A DNA stretch of 64,000 nt, taken from contig CBFFRP010000520.1 in assembly GCA_965644295.1 (NCBI GenBank), forward strand, positions 1-64,000, read 5' to 3'. Made by a program: the position numbers and the translations under genes. The stretch comes from Paraphysomonas bandaiensis (lineage: Eukaryota > Protista > Chrysophyceae). Below, piece after piece: positions 13,345 through 25,360 of the stretch; positions within the stretch are counted from its first letter, which is position 1; each line of letters opens with the position of its first letter. Under the pieces are notes generated by a model. The model was not told the origin of the DNA and searched no databases. It saw only the letters and a list, made by a program, of their open reading frames with translations.

Positions 13345-14247
13345 CTAGAATACGGTAATCAGGACAAAGCAGCTGTAGAGAAGCATGATTGGATAGGCCA
13401 CTAGCCAGTATTGTTCAGTCAGCTGAAGCTTTGAATCGAATATCCTGCAGGAGAGCAATGACAAATGATTAGTTGACGGGAGGAAAAGTAGTATTTTCGA
13501 ACCTCGTGGATGCAGCGGTGGACCAGATTACCACCAGCACGGAAACAATAAACCCAATAACGCCTCTTAGATCCAACACTATGGATAATGCTGTACACAT
13601 ATTATATACGCACAGAAATATGATGTACATCACCCACCCGCGAGTCCGATTATTGGCAGCATACAGTAGCCCAGCACCGAGGAGGTTCGCCATATATCGA
13701 GCCCGCCCTTAGAGTCGAGGAGATTAATTACTGTATAAAGACTGGAGCACCCAAATATGCTAAAACCGTAAATGTATCCAAAGTGAACCTTCCCAGAGAG
13801 GAGAAGAACTGCCCCAAGCAGCATGCAGTATACCAACGGTCCAGCGATATCTGCGTCGTCCAAAATATGCTCATCGATGTGCTGAAAATTCAAAGTGAGA
13901 ACACACGCATCCAATAAAGAATAAAAAGTTACCTTAATGGGTATGATAACTGCCTGTGTTTTACTCCATATGTGATCAAATCTAATTCCCAGTTCTTCAA
14001 GTAGAGGGGCCTCATTCTCATAATCCTCATCAGCATCAAATCGTCCTGTATATCCTGAGCTCATATCATCCCCGCTGCCGTATCTGGGTATATCGGGAGT
14101 AGAAGCCCCTGGTTTATCAGGAGACTTTGAGTACCACGGGTCCTCATTAGAGGTGCCGTCAAAGTCCGAGAAGTCTGATCCATAGTTACCATACCCCTCT
14201 GCTGGGCTCGAATAGTTTTCAGGATCAAGAGCGTGATTTCTTATCAT
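13345..14247 (-). CDS. YIPF5: Yip1-domain protein (YIPF5/YIPF7-like), copy 2
   Basis: Same sequence as the copy at 7713-8615. Confidence 0.9.
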
Positions 14248-14702
14248 TTTATACGTAGATCCGAGAGAGAGTCAGAGACTATTGTGAGGGTCTACACATT
14301 AATAATATAAAGGTGTCCTAATCTGTTATGTATGTGTGTGTGTGTATGTGGGCTCTGCAGCTCTGTTAAGAGTTAAAGGAGTGTTATACAGTGCTGTATA
14401 CACTGTATGTTTACCGTCTACAACACTCAACTGCGACTCGCAACAACAATAGCGATAGTAAAATACCACGGTATACCTAGTGTATACTCTGTATACTGCC
14501 ATAGGTGCTGCTCCTGCTATTGCTCTATGTGAGGAATGAGTATGTATACCATGGTATACGGCACTGTATACCTACATCACAGCACATGATCATGAGCGAG
14601 CCGAGATGCATAGGCAGATATGCACCCACTGCTGTGTTCCGCCTCATATGCTCCTCTCGTACACGCATGTGGTGATTCAATCCGGGTAGTTCATATGGAG
14701 GA

Positions 14703-15374
14703 ATGACCTCTGTGTTATTTCGTTTGTTTGGCTGTAGATGTGAGAGTGGTGGGGGTATGAGCGATATGCTCTCAGAGCTCTCTGTTCTCTTATCCTCCGC
14801 CTCGGACAGCATCAGCAGCAGACCGGAGCTAGAGCTGGAAGGGGTCCCTGATGCTGTGTGGACACCCGCAACACACAGGCTATTTTCTTACTCCTTCAGG
14901 CGCAAAGTGTTCACTCTGCTGTGCTGTCTAAAGAGATGCGGTATATTCCTGCCTCACGAGGTGCTCACACTGTTGATACTGTCTCACTTTACTCTGCGGA
15001 GTGAAATCATGTCTCATGTGGTGTGCATAAGCGCAACTCGAACGGAATTTGCCCAGTTGAGCCGTTACTCCCGTATATATAGCCTTCACTCGCCAGTAGC
15101 ACTTGATATAGTGTCATGCCGTGACGATGATGGAGAGGTGCGCATCGTTTTTGGAGAACGTTGTTATCCGAACTCCACAGATTCACATCTCATGCTAGCT
15201 AACCTTCACAGCAGTGAATTCGTTTATTGGAAGAGGTTAAGAGATGGGAGCGATTTCAGCTGGAGGGTAACGAAGATGACAGAAGACATGCTATCCCACA
15301 CAAATTTACTGATTTTTGGGACGGAAAGTATTATGGATAACGAATCTTGGTTTTATATACTTAAACAGCTTTAG
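14703..15374 (+). CDS. Hypothetical protein, copy 2
   Basis: Same sequence as 9071-9742. This copy keeps the non-duplicated downstream (3' UTR-like) sequence. Confidence 0.6.
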   Translation: MTSVLFRLFGCRCESGGGMSDMLSELSVLLSSASDSISSRPELELEGVPDAVWTPATHRLFSYSFRRKVFTLLCCLKRCGIFLPHEVLTLLILSHFTLRSEIMSHVVCISATRTEFAQLSRYSRIYSLHSPVALDIVSCRDDDGEVRIVFGERCYPNSTDSHLMLANLHSSEFVYWKRLRDGSDFSWRVTKMTEDMLSHTNLLIFGTESIMDNESWFYILKQL

Positions 15375-15519
15375 TCTGCATTTTTTATTGCTTTTGTGCT
15401 GAGCTGCTGCATTCTTATTGTATGTGTGTATAGTGTATATGGTTTTGAGTTCATTCAGCCGTGTAAATTAATTTACAACGGCGTATATATTTCGAATAAA
15501 AATGTCTAAGTTCAGTTTA

Positions 15520-16780
15520 TTACGACGAGGTAAATTGCTGAAGCCTTTTTAGAAATCTCGTAATGTGATGTTCTGTAAATGTGGTTGTTGCTACGAATCT
15601 TCGAATCATATATTCAGTATATAATATATGTAACACCCTCCTATTGGTGTCAGCATCATCTAATGCAGTAACGAGTCCAATATCTCTGACGCGCTGCTCA
15701 TCAGCACTCGATATCGACTGTTGTTCTTCAATAATCATTGCTCTGATCCTTCTCAGAGCTAAATGAAACAGACTAGAGTCATGAACCTCCATTTCAGGTT
15801 CTCCCTCCATGGTAATAATAGATAACTAACAATGAATATGACTACAACTACAATAATACTATCTACAAGCAACTTCCAGAGTACAGAAATTGCATCTTAT
15901 TATCAATAATCAATATATACATATGATTCCCAGGCCAGAGGAAGGCCTGCAGGAATGACCTTCATCCATATACATTACTAATAGCTCAGCCTGATCACAA
16001 CTGATTCATCATCAATGCATAAGGGAAGATACATTCAGTATTCTCATTGTAGTTGAAGCCTTGTATACGTACTTCCAAGTACAGTTCAATAAACAATAAG
16101 TACCTAATGAAATACATAAGTACAACTGTATTACTGGATAATCTGGCAATACACGTCTATCAGCGTGGATATCAAACCCGGAATTCTCCAGTAAACTTCT
16201 CCAGCCTTAAGCATTAATATATAGATAATAAGAACATATACATATAAATCATCAATCATAACATCTTCATCATTGAATTTCATTATTGGTAATCCTATCT
16301 TTCTTATTATCAATAATCAATATATACATATGATTCCCAGGCCAGAGGAAGGCCTGCAGGAATGACCTTCATCCATATACATTACTAATAGCTCAGCCTG
16401 ATCACAACTGATTCATCATCAATGCATAAGGGAAGATACATTCAGTATTCTCATTGTAGTTGAAGCCTTGTATACGTACTTCCAAGTACAGTTCAATAAA
16501 CAATAAGTACCTAATGAAATACATAAGTACAACTGTATTACTGGATAATCTGGCAATACACGTCTATCAGCGTGGATATCAAACCCGGAATTCTCCAGTA
16601 AACTTCTCCAGCCTTAAGCATTAATATATATATAATAAGAACATATACATATAAATCATCAATCATAACATCTTCATCATTGAATTTCATTATTGGTAAT
16701 CCTATCTTTCTTTGTCTTTTGAATAGATATATAAGTATCAATGATAAGCATGAATCGCACAATACATAGATGCGATAATA
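15520..16780 (-). pseudogene. Probable degenerate multi-exon gene of unknown family
   Basis: 96-aa terminal ORF plus exon-like pieces (RKIGLPIMKFNDEDVMIDD, AGEVYWRIPGLISTLIDVYCQ) interrupted by stops and by the 407-bp duplication. Confidence 0.3.
15895..16712. repeat. 407-bp tandem duplication
   Basis: Offset 407 (ORFs 16131/16538), TCTT junction microhomology, one G/T difference seen. Confidence 0.92.
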
Positions 16781-17367
16781 CAAGTAAGCTACTATTGTGG
16801 ATAAAACAGTTGGACTAGACGAATAGTTCCACTCTCGCTCTCAATAAGACAAATACCTTTTAAGGTTAGATTATACATACATCTTATATGATTTAACAGT
16901 ATCCAACACTTCTAAATCTCAGTATGAAGTATGCAATATGTAATGTAGTACCATCACTTGAGGAGTCACTGAGCTACATCTACCAGAAAATACTAGCGGC
17001 ATCCTGCATCCTGCACTACTTCGAGATATGTGCATTATTAATGACCAGGCTTGATTATATTTCAGGACAACGCTCTTCAGATGCGCCGTACACCCCTCCA
17101 CATCACTCCAACGCCTTTACATAATTTCCTCTCACCTCCACAGCCATAACTGACGCGATTAGCACGATGTATCCTGGTACTACGTTGTATTCATGTTATC
17201 AGTGGACGCCCCCTCTTGTATATGTGTGATGGTATGGCTCTCATTACTAGTAAGATCAGTCAGACCACAAGCAACGAAGACAATGTCATCAATAGCAATG
17301 AATGCGCTCTCCTAGACATCTAGCTAGAGATACATACATATACACACAGAGAGCATGTACGTCTGTG

Positions 17368-17481
17368 TATGTATGTATGTATGTATGTATGTATGTATGT
17401 ATGTATGTATGTATGTATGTATGTATGTATGTATGTATGTATGTATGTATGTATGTATGTATGTATGTATGTATGTATGTA
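17368..17481. repeat. (TATG)n microsatellite
   Basis: Read directly. Confidence 0.95.
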
Positions 17482-17746
17482 CAGAGTAGAGTACAGCAGT
17501 ACATAGCAGTACAATATACGTATGTACAGTATATACTATCTGTGAGTGCGGTGTATTATGGTATACACGCATACACATACACGGCACACTCATCATGTGT
17601 GTGTATCCACGACACGCAGTGCGCTGTGCTGGCCAGAGCAGTCATCGGCAGACATAAACACATCGTCGTCTTCGAGTAGCATGTTCCTACAGAATCTCTC
17701 CACAGCCTCAGAGCGGCAGGGCCGTAAATCGAGCAATGTGAGTGGC

Positions 17747-19524
17747 ATGAGTGCTGTATGCGTGTATGTATGTGTGGAGAGAGGCGTGTATATGTCACAC
17801 GTGTATACAGAAGAGCAAAGGACAAGAAAAGGGACAAGAAAAGGGACATGAGAAGGAACAAGAAAAGGGACACAGGAAGATGATAACCGCGCGAGATGTG
17901 TCCATCCCTCGAGATATCCTGCTGGGCTTCCTTAACGACTGTGTCGCTAAACTATTAGACGATAAGACCATACAAGACACTGTCACCAGACACCTCCACA
18001 CTCACAGGCCTCTTAGTGAGCTCATGATAGAGTTTCAAAGGGACACGTAAGTTATTTTATTGGAGATTGACTGTTGTGACTCATGTATGCAGCATGGAGA
18101 ATGACTGGCTCATTGAGAAGGAGTTCGGGTGCCAGTACCTGAGCCACTTAGCTGTCCACCATCCAAATGATCCTGAAATGATAAAGGCTGCCAAAAGATT
18201 TATGTTTATGGCAATGCGCTCATATGTGAATGCCCTGAAGCATTCCAAGGACCTTCGCCCTCAACCTCCTAAGGGGTCACAAGTAGGAACCAAGGACGAT
18301 AAAACACCTTCAGCGGAGTCGAACGCATCGGACTCAAATGCGTCCGAGTCTACTGAAAATCCAGAACCTCTCTCGAAAGAGGAATTGCTTGAGTTTATGG
18401 AGGGATGCAACGCTCTTATGGCCATGCCTGAGTCGAAGAAGTTTTTGAAAGACTCTTTTGAGAGTAGCCGGCGCCCTCCGCAGGCGGCCATGCAGGCTAT
18501 GCAAGAGAGTATGTGGGAAAACTTAGGGATAGATCCAGCCTTTGGAATGAAACAGATAGGTTCTATGCACGAAAGATTTACAGACGACGCCAATGTGATG
18601 ATGAAACTTCAGCAATTCATGATATGCGCGCAGTTGGCCGGCCGCGAAGCGATGATGAGTGAAGCTGAGAGACGAGCCTTTTATGACCAGATCCCTCCTC
18701 TTATGCAGAGTATGCCCCATATGTACGTTTTCCAGATGCAGGTCATGCAACAGCAACAAGGTGGACACGTGCATGGGCCGCACTGCCAGCACAATCACCA
18801 GCATGAACATCACGGTCACAGTCATGGTCATGATCAGCAGCAAGAATCTCCTATGCAGCAGGTGTGATTAGTGTAGTTAGATTGCGTCCTGTACGTGTAT
18901 ATTTTGTATTATGCGCTTTTTGATAATATATTGTAGCTGTCTGCTATGATGCAAGACGAAAAGTCTCGCGAGCGTCTGCAGAATCTCGGCACCCGTGTAC
19001 AAAGTAGCCGGGAGCAGGTCGATCGAAAGGTATCTTCGTGGGGTACTGAAGAAAGAAAACAGTTTTTCGACGAATTTTCTCGTGACCCTCTGGTAGATGA
19101 GATGAATGGAATTGGGAGCAGCCCAGTGGCTCGGCTGGAACGTTTCCTGGCAATGTCTGATACGGACTTGGAGAATCTCATGACCCTGCAAGCATGCGTA
19201 ATAAAGGATGCCGAGGAGGGTGGAGATCTTGGAACGAAGCTCAGGGCGGCTCAGGGTCATGACCATTCGAGCGCGGGAAGTTCTGGGGCGGATGGAGGAG
19301 GAATGTTAGGAGGACTGATGGCGAGCTTCGGTGCACTGACGGGTCTCGGTGGTAGATCACAACAACAACCATCTGGTCATTCGCACAATCACAATCACTC
19401 CCACAGTCATAACCATAGCCACTCCCACAGCCACGAACATGGACATGGCCACGGGTGCACTCACGGACATGGACAACACGGAGCGAAATCTGATCCTACC
19501 ACTGGAGAAACTATGGATAGGTAA
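17747..19524 (+). CDS. Hypothetical His-rich protein, about 4 exons (alternative in-frame ATG at 17681)
   Basis: ORFs 17751, 18067 and 18946 join through GT-AG introns. QEKG repeats, HVHGPHCQH motif and HSH-repeat tail. Confidence 0.75.
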
Positions 19525-19892
19525 TTTTTAGTGGAAAGCTGCATATCCCTAATCGTGTACTTTCAAAAATAATTAGTGTGTTATTTCTATTACAGTCGCG
19601 ACTGTTGGATTAAGCAATAATTACTCAGTTGTAAACAACAAAATTGTGACTTGATACGCTGTATTTTATCAAGAATATCTTGTGTAGGCATAATACTGAG
19701 TTTGTAGTCTTTTACATGTACTCTTCTGTTTGTGAGAAATTAAAAGCTGTATTTCAAGGTAATTGAATGATGACTGTTACTTCAAGAAGACAGTAGTGTG
19801 GTTAGCAGTATTACATGAACTACTGATATGAAAGGAATAACAGTAGTGAAGCTGAAATAATATATTGATTGGTAGTTGAGAGATTCAGTGTC

Positions 19893-20157
19893 TATTAGGA
19901 TTCAGCTTAATACATGATTGTATCTGTGAGTTATAATGTTCAATGAAATACACCATGAACTGAATTAGAGAGAGTATCTGTCGAAGATACGTGATCGTCA
20001 TCATAACGTCGTCATTATCAGTTACACTTCTAACTATTCCGTTGTGCATGATAGTACGTCCTATATTGTTATTCATAATTTTCACTCTATCGTGTTCATT
20101 ACTTACACTCTAATAATCACAACATTGTTTTACTATTATAAAGATCAATTCTTTATT
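19893..20157 (+). repeat. 5' LTR
   Basis: TATTAGGATTC...CAATTCTTTATT, direct repeat of 25361-25625. Confidence 0.95.
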
Positions 20158-20167
20158 TGGTAGCGAG
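20158..20167 (+). promoter_or_regulatory. Primer binding site, probably initiator tRNA-Met
   Basis: TGGTAGCGAG directly after the 5' LTR. It complements a tRNA ending ...GCUACCA (U72/A73), as in eukaryotic initiator tRNA. Confidence 0.7.
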
Positions 20168-23100
20168 ATGTCAGTTAAAGTTACAAGTTACGACTCAACC
20201 GACTCGGATTCGACAACCGACAAGCGAAAGGACTCAATGCCAAAATTCGATGCGAAGAACTTCTCCAGGTGGCAGAAGAAGTGCCGTGCATGGTTCTATC
20301 GCAAGCCTAAAATCGTTTATACTCTACAGAACGATCACCCAATTGAGCCTGAAGCAGGAGAAAACTCAGATGACGAGGACTACCAGTATCGACTCGAACA
20401 GTACCAGGATGCGAAACGATATTATGATGAGGGTAATAACTACCTATGGTCAGTCATTGCAAGCTCTATCATTGGTCAGAATGAAGAGGCTGAGGGGATT
20501 TTGGAGAACGTCCCCGATGGAGACGGTAAAACCGCCTGGACGGACTTGCTCAACCATTTCAAAGAAAAAACGACTAACGACGTCATCACTGATCTGATTG
20601 GCCAGTTTCAGAGCATAAAAATCAAAAAAGGTCAGTCGATAATCAACTTTCTTGACGCTGTCGAAAAGCTCCGAAACAAGCTGATTAATTATGGTCATCG
20701 GATAAGTGACCAAGATCTCATCTCACGCATTCGACAAGGCCTGGTATCCAAAGAAAATATGACGTATCGTGAACTGGCAATCAACCTGCAGATGCACCCT
20801 ATCGATGACTACAAAACACTCATACGCAGACTACGCGGATTAGGAAGCTCGTCTGTTGGAATGCTCTTGTCAAGCAACGAAGAAACAAAAACCGACAGTA
20901 TTCAGCTTGCAGCCTCAAAACCCCCATTTTTCAAAAGTAAAGTGAATTCCAAGCGCAAAAAGGGGACATCTTTCAGAAACCGTTCCAATAAACCGAAACA
21001 TGACAAGAGAACTGACAAGGACATTAAGTGTTTCCGATGCGATGGAAAAGGACACATCGCTTCAGAATGCAAACACTCATGGGAAAGGATCCAACAAATG
21101 AAGAGTTCCTCTGGAAACAAATCAACCAGTAGGAAATTCAAAAAAGTTAGATTCCAGACCCACCAGAGCACTGAAAACGACGAATCCGACCAGTTTGCAG
21201 ATTATGAAGACAGTGGTCCATTGCAACAGAAAGGACGAGACTTCGGAGGAGTCGGATATCCAACAAACGACGAAACGAACTTCGTTTTTGATCAAGAAGC
21301 CGGAATGGGGACCCTTGATTCTGGCTGCACAGTCTCCATCACACCTGAAGCCGGATACATCACCAATTATGAGGAATGCCTCACCGACATTCAAACAGCT
21401 AAGTCAGGATCGACTATGACCTCTTCAGGACATGGAAGACTTGGTATTATCCCCAAGTGCAAGCACGTGGAACATGCTTCGAGGACACTCGTGTCCATCA
21501 GCCAATTAGATGACCTAGGGTATAAAATCTTGTTTGGAAACCAATCAGTTGAGATATATAAAGATGAAATACTGCTATCAAAGGGTAAGAGAGTTGGAGG
21601 CCTATATGAAATTCCGTTAACAGACCTCGGTACTCCTATTGACGAATCCCACCTTGCTTCAACCGCTTCAGGCCCACTCGCAACTCTAGCACATAAGAGA
21701 TTGGCACATTCTTCAATTGGACTCATACAGAAAGCTGTACAGTCAAAATTAGTAACGGGTATTAAGTTAACGAAGTCGGAGATGAATGCTACTTCTTTAC
21801 CGGGTGGCCTATGTGATGGTTGTGCTAGTGGTAAATCTCATCGCCGAAAACATAGACACGCTATCAGACAAATGCTGCTCAAGCGTGTAAGAAGAGCGAA
21901 TGAGCTGGGGGAGCTAGTAGTAGCCGATTTTTCTGGACCCCATGCACCAGAGGCAATCATTACTGGCAACCGTTACATACTCGGGATGACAGATGTAGCT
22001 TCCAGACACCAATGGGACTCCTACGGACCAACGAGAGATGAAGATTTCGTCATCCAATCCATCCAGAAAGTTGTCATGTATCTACGTAGTAAAGGGAAAC
22101 GACTACAACATTATCATGCGGATGGCGGGAAGGAACTCGTATCAAGAAAAGTTCTAGAGTATCTTCAATCAATAGGGGCTACATGGACTTTCAACTCCCC
22201 GTATACCCCCGAGGATAACCCATTCCAGGAGCGATCATGGCGGACAACAAAAGAACGAGCACTCAGCAGCCTTATCGACTCTGGACTCCCACCGAATTTC
22301 TGGGAACAAGCCTCAAGGGCGACAATACACATCAAGAACAGGTTACCGTGTCAAACAGCTAAAGGATTTATGTCTCCACTTCAGTTTATCGAAAACGAAA
22401 TACCAGACTTGAGTTATGCCAGAATATGGGGATGTAAATGCTTTGTGAATATCGATTCCAGTCTCCGAAAGAACAATTGGGACAGACATAGCTGGCCTGG
22501 GTATTTTATGGGCTATCGAGAGGATGGTCCTGGATATATAGTCTTTGTTCCCGCATTAAGAGATTTTGTTATGTCAGGACATGTATTTTTCAACGAATGT
22601 GTTCCACCAGCGGATAAGAGATATTTTAAGGAGATAAATGAGATCTTCAGAGAGAATGAGACCTCCAGGACAGTAGAAAGTTTCAAATATCTCATAGGTC
22701 TAGCTCATGTAGATCCAGACGATGGATTAACATATGTAACGACTCAAATAAAGCTCAGAAAAGGATTAATCGCAGCGTATCGTGGTCTAGTCGATGACAG
22801 TGGTGACAAGACACGACTCATCCAGCTCGACGACCCCATTCATGCTGCAGACGTCGAAAAGTACACTGAAGAATACATAGAACTCAAAGCAGTTGGTCTC
22901 AAATGTATTACGTCTCGATCGAAAACCCCAATACATAAATCCAGCAAATCAGATCAAGACCCCGATACAGTTATTGGATCTCCAGCGCCAGCCGCTACTT
23001 CCAGGGGGAGTGGCGAGAATCTCAGACATCATGATGCCGCGCAGGAGAGAATCAGCAGCCATCGGTGTGAACCTACCCACTCCGATGCAAAGATAGCGAA

Positions 23101-25129
23101 GACTCGCCCTCCGAAACAATTCAATGGGAATCTAGTGCCGAATCCGGCACCACACGGTCAAGTGGATCGTGTGCACCAGCGTATGGCCAAACGCGGTAAC
23201 AAGTCTGCTGATTCATCGGGAGATTGGGAAAATCAGGGTACACCTGAAGGGCCAAGTAAGGTCCGTGCTACAGCAAAACAACAATTTTTAGCTGGTAGAA
23301 AGAGTGTTCTCCGAAGCAGGAGAATGGCCAGGAAACGGGTAATTGTAAATATACATAAACTTGGTGATGGTGTATATACATGTGATGTAAATGCTAAACA
23401 TGTATTAAATCATATGGCACATGACACACAATGTATATCAAAATTACATACAAACAATATTGATATTGTTATGCATGCTATCAGTAATTGCGATGACATT
23501 GACGAGCTAACCGATACACCAAAGAGTGTTCAAGATGCTATTTCAGGTAAATATAAACAGCAGTGGATCGATGCCATCAATAGAGAAATATCCACTCTTC
23601 AGAGGAAAGGATGCTGGAGATACACTGCGTTACCACCTGGAGCAAGAGCCATAAAGGGGAAACTCATATTCAAAATAAAAAGAAAACAGAATGATATCAA
23701 ATTCAAGGCTCGACTAGTCGCACAGGGTTTTACTCAAATCCAAGGCATCGATTATAATGATACATACAGCCCCGTCGCGAAGGCTACATCACTACGTACA
23801 ATTATTGCCCTTTCGACTATTATGAAACTCAAATTGCACCAAATCGATTTCACAACTGCGTACATCAATGCTGACCTCGAAGAGGACATATACATGCATC
23901 CCCCTCCTGGCATGGACGTCCCTGACGGAAAAGTCCTCAAACTGATGAAAAGCATCTATGGTCTAAAGCAAGCAGGTCTTAACTGGTATAAGTGCTGTAC
24001 AAATTTTATGCTAGATATGGGTTTCACCAGACTAATATCTGACCCGTGTATATTCAAAAAGCAGATTAATGGCAGGATTATGCTAATAGCCATGTATGTG
24101 GATGATATTATTATAGCATCTACATCCGACACTGATATCCAACAATTCAAAGACCATTTATCCAAAAAGTTCGAAATTACGGATCTCGGACTCCTAGATT
24201 ATTACTTGGGCATCTCCATTCATCAAGATTTTGACAAAAATATCACGACTCTCAGTCAGGAGCAGTATGTCAGAAAACTACTGGACAAATTCAATATGTC
24301 CAACTGTAAACCCATGTCAACACCTATGTTACTGTCTTTCAACTATGATTTACATGAATACAATCATCTTTCAGAGTCAAATCAAAGTTATGTTCAGAAT
24401 TTCCCCTACAAGGAGCTCATAGGTTCCCTAATGTATCTAGCTGTATGCACTCGACCGGATATCGCCTACGCAGTCAATACTCTTGCCAGATTTTCTGATA
24501 TGCCTAATCTAACTACCTGTAATGCTGCGTTACATGTTCTTAGGTATCTCAAAGGCACTGCTAAGCAAGGATTGATATATTCTGGATCCCACATAACATT
24601 GTCAGGATACTGCGATAGCGATTGGGCACGATGTCACCTCACTCGACGGTCCACTACAGCTTTTACATTCTTCATAGGTAATTGTCTTATATCATGGCAA
24701 TCTCGATTACAGACAACTGTGGCATTGTCATCTACTGAAGCTGAGTATATGGCTCTATCGTCAGCAGCTCAGGAAGCATTATGGCTACGCTCTTTATTAT
24801 CAGAAATTGGTTTCAAACTTCCATTCTCAACAACTATTTGGTGCGATAATAAAGGGGCAGTCCAATTATGTTACAATCCTACTCATCATCGTCGTACGAA
24901 ACATATTGCGATACGGTATCATTTCATTCGAGAAAATATTGCCGAAAACCAATTGACTGTTGACCATATTCCCACCACGTCAATGTTAGCCGATCTTCTC
25001 ACGAAACCACTAGGAGCAACTAATTTTCTTCAATTGCGAACTACATTGATGGGGGAGCTGGGTTCGACATCCCATCCAGCAGCAACAGGAAGCGATCAAC
25101 AACCTCAGAGACACCTAAATCACAATTAA
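20168..25129 (+). CDS. Copia gag-pol polyprotein (1653 aa)
   Basis: Zinc knuckle CFRCDGKGHIASEC; protease LDSGCT; HKRLAH..CDGC; integrase D..D(GGKE)..E; RT FKARLVAQGF, YGLKQA, MYVDD; RNase H YCDSDWA, WCDNK, ADLLTK. Confidence 0.97.
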   Translation: MSVKVTSYDSTDSDSTTDKRKDSMPKFDAKNFSRWQKKCRAWFYRKPKIVYTLQNDHPIEPEAGENSDDEDYQYRLEQYQDAKRYYDEGNNYLWSVIASSIIGQNEEAEGILENVPDGDGKTAWTDLLNHFKEKTTNDVITDLIGQFQSIKIKKGQSIINFLDAVEKLRNKLINYGHRISDQDLISRIRQGLVSKENMTYRELAINLQMHPIDDYKTLIRRLRGLGSSSVGMLLSSNEETKTDSIQLAASKPPFFKSKVNSKRKKGTSFRNRSNKPKHDKRTDKDIKCFRCDGKGHIASECKHSWERIQQMKSSSGNKSTSRKFKKVRFQTHQSTENDESDQFADYEDSGPLQQKGRDFGGVGYPTNDETNFVFDQEAGMGTLDSGCTVSITPEAGYITNYEECLTDIQTAKSGSTMTSSGHGRLGIIPKCKHVEHASRTLVSISQLDDLGYKILFGNQSVEIYKDEILLSKGKRVGGLYEIPLTDLGTPIDESHLASTASGPLATLAHKRLAHSSIGLIQKAVQSKLVTGIKLTKSEMNATSLPGGLCDGCASGKSHRRKHRHAIRQMLLKRVRRANELGELVVADFSGPHAPEAIITGNRYILGMTDVASRHQWDSYGPTRDEDFVIQSIQKVVMYLRSKGKRLQHYHADGGKELVSRKVLEYLQSIGATWTFNSPYTPEDNPFQERSWRTTKERALSSLIDSGLPPNFWEQASRATIHIKNRLPCQTAKGFMSPLQFIENEIPDLSYARIWGCKCFVNIDSSLRKNNWDRHSWPGYFMGYREDGPGYIVFVPALRDFVMSGHVFFNECVPPADKRYFKEINEIFRENETSRTVESFKYLIGLAHVDPDDGLTYVTTQIKLRKGLIAAYRGLVDDSGDKTRLIQLDDPIHAADVEKYTEEYIELKAVGLKCITSRSKTPIHKSSKSDQDPDTVIGSPAPAATSRGSGENLRHHDAAQERISSHRCEPTHSDAKIAKTRPPKQFNGNLVPNPAPHGQVDRVHQRMAKRGNKSADSSGDWENQGTPEGPSKVRATAKQQFLAGRKSVLRSRRMARKRVIVNIHKLGDGVYTCDVNAKHVLNHMAHDTQCISKLHTNNIDIVMHAISNCDDIDELTDTPKSVQDAISGKYKQQWIDAINREISTLQRKGCWRYTALPPGARAIKGKLIFKIKRKQNDIKFKARLVAQGFTQIQGIDYNDTYSPVAKATSLRTIIALSTIMKLKLHQIDFTTAYINADLEEDIYMHPPPGMDVPDGKVLKLMKSIYGLKQAGLNWYKCCTNFMLDMGFTRLISDPCIFKKQINGRIMLIAMYVDDIIIASTSDTDIQQFKDHLSKKFEITDLGLLDYYLGISIHQDFDKNITTLSQEQYVRKLLDKFNMSNCKPMSTPMLLSFNYDLHEYNHLSESNQSYVQNFPYKELIGSLMYLAVCTRPDIAYAVNTLARFSDMPNLTTCNAALHVLRYLKGTAKQGLIYSGSHITLSGYCDSDWARCHLTRRSTTAFTFFIGNCLISWQSRLQTTVALSSTEAEYMALSSAAQEALWLRSLLSEIGFKLPFSTTIWCDNKGAVQLCYNPTHHRRTKHIAIRYHFIRENIAENQLTVDHIPTTSMLADLLTKPLGATNFLQLRTTLMGELGSTSHPAATGSDQQPQRHLNHN

Positions 25130-25350
25130 CAAGCCACAAGCGACCTAGGTGGCTAGTTTGAGTTACACGGAGTTTTTACCATTTTTTTTACTTTTATTCA
25201 ATACATGATGCTGGACTAGAAGGATGGTCTCACAATATGGCATCTCTGCAGTTCGCTTATTATTGTCTAGTGACTGCTACTCTGGTTTTTACTCTCAGTG
25301 TGCATAAGTTCATATTCTCTCTATTATCTACGGTTCACTGATTATTTCAT

Positions 25351-25360
25351 TGAGGGGGCG
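25351..25360 (+). promoter_or_regulatory. Polypurine tract
   Basis: TGAGGGGGCG immediately before the 3' LTR, the usual copia PPT position. Confidence 0.8.

Larger units (their letters stand above)
13008..15387. repeat. Duplicated block B, copy 2
   Basis: Matches 7376-9755. Confidence 0.95.

Noticed and set aside
19885-20085. 66-68 aa antisense ORFs in both LTRs
   Set aside because: Short and AT-rich, duplicated only because the LTRs are.
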